From: Leptonemataceae bacterium
GTDB lineage: Bacteria > Spirochaetota > Leptospiria > Leptospirales > Leptonemataceae
Direction: 5' to 3'
Length of the DNA stretch: 64,000 nt
Assembly: GCA_965227295.1 (NCBI GenBank)
Contig: OZ245742.1
Location: forward strand, 2,848,001-2,912,000
The first letter of the stretch is position 1. Each line of letters opens with the position of its first letter. A program made the translations under genes and the position numbers. The notes beneath the pieces were generated by a model. It saw only the letters and a list, made by a program, of their open reading frames with translations. It had not been told where the DNA came from and ran no database searches. Positions 57,427-64,000 of this stretch are shown here, piece after piece.

Positions 57427-57496
57427 TATTTAATGTGCCATCGAGCCGGATTATGTCGCATTAAATACCGCGAGAATTGGACACACTTATGTCACA
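57427..57496. promoter_or_regulatory. Inverted and direct repeats upstream of the DegT-like operon
   Basis: TATTTAATGTGCCAT-N11-ATGTCGCATTAAATA (13/15); TTATGTCRCAT at 57451 and 57486. Confidence 0.5.
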
Positions 57497-57583
57497 TGGC
57501 ATCCGCGATTTGTACCCCCGTCAATCGAAATTGTGGAAAATTTGTGCACGGTGCTTTGCCCGGCGGCGAGGGGAGTTCGTGCA

Positions 57584-58957
57584 CTAGCGAAAATCGCGGC
57601 TGACCGTGGCCTGGTACACCAGCGCCGGTCCGGCCGCAGCACGGAGCCGGACGTTCCAGCCGCGATCGGCGAGATCGCCGGGCAGATAGAGGACGGTGCC
57701 GCGAGCGATCCGTCCCCCGTGTTCCCGACTCCCGTCCGTGGCGCGGACGATTTCCAGGTCGTAGCCGCCCGGGCTCAGGCCGAGCAGGATGGACGGGCGA
57801 TCGCTGTGGTCGAGCTCCAGCGGCGGGGCAATGCCGTCAATGCTCGCGCTCCGCAGGGCGAACCGGTGGACTTCGAATTCACGGACCGGAACTTTGTAGG
57901 AACTCTTACACGAGGTGTCTCTGGCGGCCGGGGAGGCCTTCGGCTCATGGACCTCGGGCGGGCCGTAGCGATAGTGCAGCATGTCCACGAGTGTGTCGAC
58001 ATCCATGAACTTCGGGGTGAGGCCGGCGCGGACCACGTTGTCCGAGGCTGCCATGCATTCGAGGATGCGCCCGCCCAGGTACGCGTGGGGTTCGTTGGGA
58101 CCCAGGAAGAGGGCCTGGTCCGGTTTTAGTTCCAGGTAGTTCAGGAAGTAGGCCGAAAACAGGCCGCGGTCGCTTTCGCCGTAGATTTCGGCGAGCTGCA
58201 GAAAGAGCGCGTCGGCCGGATCCAGGTTGGTGGCCGGATCTCCGTCTTCGCCCCAGGCGGTGAGTCGAAGCTTCTGGGCGCGCACGGCCTCGGTGATTTC
58301 CCCCGGACTGGAACGCATGAGACGGCCGTAGGCGTCCTTGATCCAGGCGCGCTGCTGTACCTCATTCCCCGCCGGTTCCGGAAGTGGGGAGGAATCTTCG
58401 CCTTCGCTACAGGGCTCGTACAGAAAGCCCGCGTCCGAACACAGGGCGGCCAGTTCGGGGATACGCTGGAGATAGCCGGCGATTTCCTGAGGGCTGCGAA
58501 AGCCGATCAGAGCGGTCATGCCGGCCAGACAGACGGCCAGTTCCGGCTTGTGATTGGCGTCGGGATAGTGCTCTGGATCCCGGGCGTGGAGCTGCGGCGC
58601 GAGTTCCAGGTCCGGATGAGCCTGGATGGATAGCGGTTCCGCGGCGTCCAGAATCTTGAATAAGAACGGAAGCTGCCGATGACCGGCCTGCGCCAGGTCC
58701 GGCCCCAGGAAGTGCCGCGGGTCTTCGGCGATGGCCTTGTCCAGGCTCCGTCCGTCAAAGGTTGCGCCCGGCGCACGCAGGACGGACGGCGCCTTCGGAT
58801 GCGCACCCATCCAGAGCTCGGCGGCGGGCCGGTCGTCGGCGGGAGTCGTGCCGCGCAATTCGTGGATGAATGCGGCCTTCCCGCGGGAGCCCCATGCATA
58901 GTCCATGACGCTGCAGTCCAGTTCGTAGAATACGGGATGTTCGCTCGGCTCTGGCAC
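57584..58957 (-). CDS. manA: Mannose-6-phosphate isomerase, type I
   Basis: YAWGS, AELWMGAHP, LPFLFKIL, LSIQAHP, YPDANHKPE, HAYLGG..ECMAASDNVVRAGLTPK. Confidence 0.95.
   Translation of the reverse strand: MPEPSEHPVFYELDCSVMDYAWGSRGKAAFIHELRGTTPADDRPAAELWMGAHPKAPSVLRAPGATFDGRSLDKAIAEDPRHFLGPDLAQAGHRQLPFLFKILDAAEPLSIQAHPDLELAPQLHARDPEHYPDANHKPELAVCLAGMTALIGFRSPQEIAGYLQRIPELAALCSDAGFLYEPCSEGEDSSPLPEPAGNEVQQRAWIKDAYGRLMRSSPGEITEAVRAQKLRLTAWGEDGDPATNLDPADALFLQLAEIYGESDRGLFSAYFLNYLELKPDQALFLGPNEPHAYLGGRILECMAASDNVVRAGLTPKFMDVDTLVDMLHYRYGPPEVHEPKASPAARDTSCKSSYKVPVREFEVHRFALRSASIDGIAPPLELDHSDRPSILLGLSPGGYDLEIVRATDGSREHGGRIARGTVLYLPGDLADRGWNVRLRAAAGPALVYQATVSRDFR
57895..57910. repeat. 16-bp palindromic repeat copy TGTAGGAACTCTTACA, in manA
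   Basis: Encodes CKSSY on the minus strand. Confidence 0.8.
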
Positions 58958-58961
58958 TTGC

Positions 58962-59216
58962 TTAGATTCGTTCCGTGTCGCTCACGTCCGGTCGTGGTTG
59001 CTCAATGGCCGGCGGCTCCGTGGCCGGCGGTGCATCCCGGATGATGCTGCGAAACGTAAACAACCCGGGCGCAAACAGCCGCAGGGCGAACAGAAAGAGT
59101 GCCACGTAAAGGACAAGTCTCAGGATCGACTCCCGGTTCAACGGCAGTCCCGATCCCGGTATCAATGCGCCCAGGTCTTCGCGGACCAGGTCGGCGAGAC
59201 GGCGTAGTACGGGCAT
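58962..59216 (-). CDS. Hypothetical small membrane protein
   Basis: One TM segment; operon position upstream of manA. Confidence 0.5.
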   Translation of the reverse strand: MPVLRRLADLVREDLGALIPGSGLPLNRESILRLVLYVALFLFALRLFAPGLFTFRSIIRDAPPATEPPAIEQPRPDVSDTERI

Positions 59217-59258
59217 GAGGCAGTCTTTCCCACACCATACTTTGCGAAAACAAAAATC

Positions 59259-59753
59259 TTACTCCGTCGCGGCCCGATGTAGTTGATGGGTGGAGTAGTG
59301 GTGCGGTTCGTAGATGCGCAGAAAGAGCGTATCGTCCCGTTGCCAGAGCTTGCATCGGTAGGCGGCACTGGCGGAGGGGACGATGATTCGGCCGAGCACG
59401 TACTCGCCGCCTTCGGCGCGCAGCCCGCTGATCATTTTCATTCCCAGGAGCGGTTGGTTCGCGGCGGGAGCGGGACAGCCCGTGCACCTGGCCGACATGG
59501 AATCGTTTGTACCGGGCAGGGCGATGATACGCGCGCCCAGGAAGGTCCGGGCGCCGGCCGGGCCATTGTCGGCGACCTGGTTGTGAAATTCGAGAACGAC
59601 GTCGCCGGGAAAGAGGCGATCATCGGCGGGGAGGACGTAGCGCCCTTCCGGCGGAGATGAGGGAGCCGCATCTGCGTGGGCTGCCACGAAGGCCGTTGCC
59701 GCGACAAGCAGCAGGACAATGATTCGCTGCTTTGAAGAACTTATCGCGTCCAC
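59259..59753 (-). CDS. DUF2147-like secreted protein (divergent)
   Basis: Signal peptide; ARCTGCP..NQPLLGMKMI..GRII.P..AYRCKL. Confidence 0.7.
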   Translation of the reverse strand: MDAISSSKQRIIVLLLVAATAFVAAHADAAPSSPPEGRYVLPADDRLFPGDVVLEFHNQVADNGPAGARTFLGARIIALPGTNDSMSARCTGCPAPAANQPLLGMKMISGLRAEGGEYVLGRIIVPSASAAYRCKLWQRDDTLFLRIYEPHHYSTHQLHRAATE

Positions 59754-60202
59754 TCCTGAACTTCTCCCATGGCGGGAATACTCAGGAAGCTGAAGACACG
59801 CAGCTTCTTGCCGTCGTCGGCGAGTTCGATGTAGCAGTTGTAGGTCTTACCTTCGTCGGCCCGGTAGATCTTACCACCGCTCCACTTCTCACCGTCGAAG
59901 CGGAGACCGTGGATGATTTCCAGTTCGGTGAGTTTGACGCCGCGTTCCCGGGGATTGGGATTGTTCACGTCGGTGCGGGCCGTGCCGTCGGCGTTGTTCG
60001 GTTCCGCCATCCAACTGATGCGACCGCAGTACTTATCGCCGCACTGGACGAAGGTGACCTTGCTTTTTCCGTCGGGGCGCGTCCATTCGTGCAGGATGGC
60101 GTCGGCGCCCGGTTGGGCGAGCAGAGCCCCGGTGGTGAGCAGGGCGAAGAGAGCGGCGCACAGAACCGTGCGCCGCCGTAAGTTGTTAAGTTTTCTTTGC
60201 AT
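59741..60202 (-). CDS. DUF2147 secreted protein
   Basis: YCGRISW..DVNNPNP..WSGGKIY..GKTYNC. Confidence 0.85.
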   Translation of the reverse strand: MQRKLNNLRRRTVLCAALFALLTTGALLAQPGADAILHEWTRPDGKSKVTFVQCGDKYCGRISWMAEPNNADGTARTDVNNPNPRERGVKLTELEIIHGLRFDGEKWSGGKIYRADEGKTYNCYIELADDGKKLRVFSFLSIPAMGEVQEWTR

Positions 60203-60206
60203 GATG

Positions 60207-60695
60207 TTAGCGAGTCCAGTGGACGGTCTTGCCGAGGTACGAGACGCCGACATAACCGCGGACCTTTAGTTTTTTCGGGTTTTCCAGCTCCATGTAGCAG
60301 CTGTAGGTCTTGCCGTCCTTTGGATTGTAGATATTACCGCCGGACCACTTGTCGCCGTCCCAGGTGAAGCCCCACACCAGAAACATGCCCTGGATCGGAC
60401 GGTCACGCTTGGAGGCGTCGGGATTGTTGCGGTCGTGTTTGGGCTGACCCGCTTCGGCATCACCGGCAGGATAGTTCGGCTCTTTGAGCCAGGTGATTTT
60501 TCCGCAGAGCTTGTCCTTGGAGCCGTCGCCGTCGGTATCTTTGCCGCAGCGAAACAGGGTGACGCGAGAATCGCCGTCCTGGGTCGTCCAGGTTCCGGCG
60601 TAGTCGTCGGCCGAGGCTGCATGCAGGATGCCGGCGAAGGCGATGCCCGCAATGAGCGCGGCCAGCGCGAGCATTCGGTTGCGTACGTAGTTCAT
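60207..60695 (-). CDS. DUF2147 secreted protein
   Basis: LCGKITW..DRNNPD..WSGGNIYNPKDGKTYSC..LKVRGYVG..WTR. Confidence 0.9.
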   Translation of the reverse strand: MNYVRNRMLALAALIAGIAFAGILHAASADDYAGTWTTQDGDSRVTLFRCGKDTDGDGSKDKLCGKITWLKEPNYPAGDAEAGQPKHDRNNPDASKRDRPIQGMFLVWGFTWDGDKWSGGNIYNPKDGKTYSCYMELENPKKLKVRGYVGVSYLGKTVHWTR

Positions 60696-60809
60696 AGTTT
60701 CCCCCTTGAGGTGTGCATTTTTTTATGATGCAAGTCTTAGATACGATGCCGCGCAAGAATTGTTTGAATTTTTTCGGGAAAATCTCTCGACGGGGTTTGC
60801 TTTTGTGCG

Positions 60810-62147
60810 GTGCAAATTGGTGTGCGCGGTGATTCTTTGGATGTAAGGCGTGCCGGAGATGTTCTGCTCGCGCCGGGATTGGTGGGCCGGGATGACTGGT
60901 CGGAGCTCGGGCCGTTTGCTCTCGCCATTTCCGGCGGCCGGGATTCCATGCTGTTGCTGCACGCCTTCGTGGATCTCCGGGAACGCGGCCTGTTCGGTCG
61001 TGATTTCGTGGTCTTTCATCTGGACCATCGTTTGCGCGAAGACTCGGGCGCGGACCTGGATTTCGTCGCCGCTGAATCCCATCGTCTTGACGTTTCCTTC
61101 TATTGTACGTCGCGCGATGTGCGTGTGTTCGCGCGACGTTCTCGTATCGGCTCTCTGGAAGCGGCCGGCAGAACTCTGCGGTATCGTTCGCTGCGCCGGC
61201 TGTGTGAGCGGCGGTTCGGCGGAACGGGCATCGTGGTCACGGCCCATCATGCGGATGATTACCTGGAAAGTGTGCTCGTACACTGGATTCGCGGCGGAGG
61301 GCGTGCCGCCCTGGGGACGTTGCCCGTGATGGATCGCGGTCCGGAAGGGCTGACGCTGCTCCGACCGCTGCTCGCGCTTTCGCGCGCGGATGTTTCGGAG
61401 ATTGTGGCGCGGTTGGGCATTGCGTTTCGCGACGATCCTTCGAACGAGTCACCGGAGTTTTTGCGGAATCGTCTGCGGTCCGGCGTGATTCCGGCGCTGC
61501 GCCAGGAGGGCCTCGATGCCGTAAAGCTCTGGCGGAACTTTCACGATGCGCCCGGCGGGTCGGCCGGATTTGTAGGAACTCCTACAAAAGGGGGCGGCGC
61601 CGGCCCGGTGGAGGTTCTCTGTCTGGACCGCCGCCTTCTTGTAGGAACTCTTACGGAGCTGAAGGCCGTGCTGGACGTTGCGCTGCGACGCCTGGGATTG
61701 CCGCCGTCGGAGCGGGCGTTGCTCGCCGAACTCCGTTCCCAGCAGGCTCACGATGCCGCGGCGTTCCGGCAGGTTTTCGAATCTAAGTCGCTGCGGATCT
61801 GGTCGGATCGCCGCGGGCCGGTGTGGTTGTTTCGCCAGGACGCCGACGTGTTCCGCGCGCCGCGCTTCGAACGGGCCGGGAAAATCCTGCGCATCCACTG
61901 GAACGGCCGAACCCGGGAGTACGCTGCGACGGCGGGGCAGCGCCCGGGCGGTTTTGAGCCGGGTATGCGCGCGCCGCTGCCGGGAGGCGGGCACTTGCTC
62001 GTGAAAAAGATTTTTCAAGATGCCGGTGTGCCGGGCCCGCTGCGCCCGCTCATTCCCCTGCTCATCGACGAGGATTCGGGCCTGGTCTCGTGCATTTGCC
62101 TGTCGTTCTGGGAACACGGCAAGGATCGGCATTTCTTTTCTCCGTGA
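60810..62147 (+). CDS. tilS: tRNA(Ile)-lysidine synthase
   Basis: PP-loop AISGGRDS, HLDHRLR, EAAGRTLRY, TAHHADD, RPLL, DPSN..RNRLR. Confidence 0.92.
   Translation: MQIGVRGDSLDVRRAGDVLLAPGLVGRDDWSELGPFALAISGGRDSMLLLHAFVDLRERGLFGRDFVVFHLDHRLREDSGADLDFVAAESHRLDVSFYCTSRDVRVFARRSRIGSLEAAGRTLRYRSLRRLCERRFGGTGIVVTAHHADDYLESVLVHWIRGGGRAALGTLPVMDRGPEGLTLLRPLLALSRADVSEIVARLGIAFRDDPSNESPEFLRNRLRSGVIPALRQEGLDAVKLWRNFHDAPGGSAGFVGTPTKGGGAGPVEVLCLDRRLLVGTLTELKAVLDVALRRLGLPPSERALLAELRSQQAHDAAAFRQVFESKSLRIWSDRRGPVWLFRQDADVFRAPRFERAGKILRIHWNGRTREYAATAGQRPGGFEPGMRAPLPGGGHLLVKKIFQDAGVPGPLRPLIPLLIDEDSGLVSCICLSFWEHGKDRHFFSP
61571..61586. repeat. 16-bp palindromic repeat copy TGTAGGAACTCCTACA, in tilS
   Basis: Extends to the 20-bp TTTGTAGGAACTCCTACAAA; encodes FVGTPT in a Gly-rich linker. 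Confidence 0.85.
61640..61655. repeat. 16-bp palindromic repeat copy TGTAGGAACTCTTACG, in tilS
   Basis: 69 bp downstream of the previous copy; encodes LVGTLT. Confidence 0.75.
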
Positions 62148-62208
62148 AGATGTTGACAGTGGTTTCTCGCAAGATGTAAGTATTTGCTCCTGCGCTTTGA
62201 GGTCGTCT

Positions 62209-62994
62209 GTGGGTTTCAAGAAGTACTGCGAGTCGCCGAATCCTGAGGAGTTCCAGGGCAAGTCCCTGGAATACCGCATGCTGCGCGGATTGCCGCACGC
62301 CTTCCTGGACTGGCTGCGCGGTTATACGCGACTCGAGGCCGAGGGATTGGATAACATTCCGAAGACCGGACCGGCCCTCATTGTGCCGAATCACAGCGGC
62401 GTGCTGGGCTGGGATTCCTTCGCGGTGCAGAACGAGATCATTAAGTTTCGCAAGCGCATTCCGCGGACCATGTCGCATAACTTCTGGCACGAGAACGAGT
62501 TTTTTTCGTATCTCTCGGATCGCATGGGGTTCATCCCCCAGGACTTCAAGCGGGCCATTCGTGTCTTAAGAAACAATAATCTGCTGTTAATCTTTCCCGA
62601 GGCGGAGCACGGGAACTTCAAGCCCAGCACGCAGATGTATCAGCTCGTGGACTTCAATCCCGGCTTCGTGTCCCTGGCCATCATGGCGAGGGCGCCCATC
62701 ATTCCGGCCTGCGTCATCGGTGCGGAAGAAGCGCATTTGAATCTTGGGACAATTGATTGGGCCGAGAAGTACATCGGCGCGAAACTGCCGCTGCCGGTGA
62801 ATCTCATTCCCCTGCCGGTACAATGGAAGCTGATTTTTTTGGAACCCGTGCGGCTGGATAAATACGGGCGTAAGGACGCAAAGAACATTCGCTTTCTGGA
62901 AGAGGTGGCCCAGAACATTCGGCTCCAGGTGCAGCAACGCATCAACAAGGAACTGGTGAAGCGGGGCATGTTTCATTTTATTCTGGACGGTTGA
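62209..62994 (+). CDS. Lysophospholipid acyltransferase (PlsC-like)
   Basis: NHSGVLGWD (HX5D), IFPEA, PIIP. GTG start with a GAGGT RBS; TTGACA at 62153. Confidence 0.88.
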   Translation: MGFKKYCESPNPEEFQGKSLEYRMLRGLPHAFLDWLRGYTRLEAEGLDNIPKTGPALIVPNHSGVLGWDSFAVQNEIIKFRKRIPRTMSHNFWHENEFFSYLSDRMGFIPQDFKRAIRVLRNNNLLLIFPEAEHGNFKPSTQMYQLVDFNPGFVSLAIMARAPIIPACVIGAEEAHLNLGTIDWAEKYIGAKLPLPVNLIPLPVQWKLIFLEPVRLDKYGRKDAKNIRFLEEVAQNIRLQVQQRINKELVKRGMFHFILDG

Positions 62995-63012
62995 TGTTTA
63001 CGGCGGTTTGCA

Positions 63013-63495
63013 ATGGTAACGAAAGACGAAGACCTCAGAGAATTCCTGCTACAGCGGACCCAGCGCATGCTGGATGCCATCGTGGAAGATGTGATGACCC
63101 GGGATGTCCTCTCGGTGGACGTGAACGATCTCTCGGCGAAGGCGGCGCGGCTGATCCTGGAGAACGGCGTGCTGGGCGTGCTGGTTATGAAAGACGGCCG
63201 GGCGTTCAACATGGTTACGGCCGCCGATTTGCTGCGCCTCTCGTACGAAGAGGTCTTCGACGAGAACCGCGACTTTCTGCGGCTTACCGTCGGCAAGCTA
63301 GTGGAGGAAAAGGAATTCGTTTCTGTTCCCTCGGGCACGCGCCTGCGCGAATTGCTGACCGTCATGGTGGATCGCCACGTGCGCTCGGTTCCCATCATCG
63401 ACGGCGGTATGGTGCGCGGCATTGTTTCCATGACGGATCTGATCGCCTGGTACCGGAACACCCACGACGAAGTCCGTACCGGTAAGCTGTCTTGA
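63013..63495 (+). CDS. CBS-domain pair protein
   Basis: VEDVMTRDVLSV..GIVSMTDL. Confidence 0.88.
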   Translation: MVTKDEDLREFLLQRTQRMLDAIVEDVMTRDVLSVDVNDLSAKAARLILENGVLGVLVMKDGRAFNMVTAADLLRLSYEEVFDENRDFLRLTVGKLVEEKEFVSVPSGTRLRELLTVMVDRHVRSVPIIDGGMVRGIVSMTDLIAWYRNTHDEVRTGKLS

Positions 63496-63526
63496 TTTTC
63501 GCAAGCGCCGCGCCTTTCTTGCTCTG

Positions 63527-63847
63527 ATGGCCATCGATTTCTCCGAATTCGGCAGCGGCCCGATGGTGGACCCGCTGACGCTGAAGCGCGAAAAAGAACG
63601 CGCCCGGGAGTTGCGCAAGTCCACCTGGTGGAAGCGTAAGATTTCATCGGGGGAATGTTACTACTGCGGGCGTAAGTTTGAGCAAAAAGATCTTACGATG
63701 GATCATAAGATCCCGCTGTCCCGCGGTGGCCGTTCTTCGAAGGACAACCTGGTGCCGGCGTGCAAAGAGTGCAACAACGCGAAGAAGAACCTGCTGCCGG
63801 CTGAGTGGACGGAGTATCTGGAAAGGTTGCGGGGCAAGCAGGACTGA
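63527..63847 (+). CDS. Small HNH endonuclease-family protein
   Basis: CYYC..DHKIPLSRGG..NLVPACKECN. Confidence 0.9.
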   Translation: MAIDFSEFGSGPMVDPLTLKREKERARELRKSTWWKRKISSGECYYCGRKFEQKDLTMDHKIPLSRGGRSSKDNLVPACKECNNAKKNLLPAEWTEYLERLRGKQD

Positions 63848-64000
63848 TGAACACCGAGGGCGAGGGGCCGAGGTTGCGATGATAGCGCCTGGACGCGTGC
63901 GGGTTTCGATCACCCTCATCTTCTACTCGATACCTCGGTCCCCGGTGTTAAGTCACCTTCTTACAAATTCACATCGTATGACAGCGCCAGATACCACAGT

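Noticed and set aside
24561..61655. The 16-bp repeat as a CRISPR array, parS or terminator
   Set aside because: It is not regularly spaced and no cas genes are present. It differs from the parS consensus TGTTTCACGTGAAACA. Most copies are intragenic, with a 2-nt centre and no U-tract.
63527..63847. HNH gene as a mobile or defence element
   Set aside because: It has host-like composition and operon position with CBS and acyltransferase genes, with no flanking repeats or partner genes.
63850..64000. Possible gene end at the right edge
   Set aside because: Too little sequence to support a call.

Overview
High-GC bacterial chromosome segment, almost certainly a Leptospiraceae-like spirochete, judged from DUF1564, spiro-SPASM and the adjacent SurA-like gene, LruC/DUF4842 and DUF1566 lipoproteins. 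Family assignments are from motif recognition, not database searches. About 55 genes are present. The left edge has a truncated, AT-richer UvrD-family helicase followed by a highly structured Flavo-1-like element. From 1.8 to 14 kb is a lipid-catabolic island: SGNH hydrolase, neutral ceramidase, TetR with three operator-like sites, an FGGY kinase fused to a class II aldolase, a class III aminotransferase, a non-catalytic aldolase paralog, an MFS transporter, AraC and a fatty-acid hydroxylase. The rest holds housekeeping genes (carA, Dus, manA, tilS), a fragmented glycerol-type ABC transporter, large surface lipoproteins and two internally deleted pseudogenes. There are two lead hypotheses. (1) The island is a lyase-independent (phyto)sphingosine degradation pathway: transamination, phosphorylation, then aldol cleavage to DHAP plus a fatty aldehyde. 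(2) A dispersed 16-bp 7-2-7 palindrome, TGTMGGA(AC/GT)TCYKACA, occurs 9 times, mostly inside coding sequence in different reading frames. Two copies lie in or next to a tandem ribbon-helix-helix-like DUF1564 gene, which is a candidate cognate binder. No rRNA, tRNA, CRISPR array, integrase or transposase was seen.
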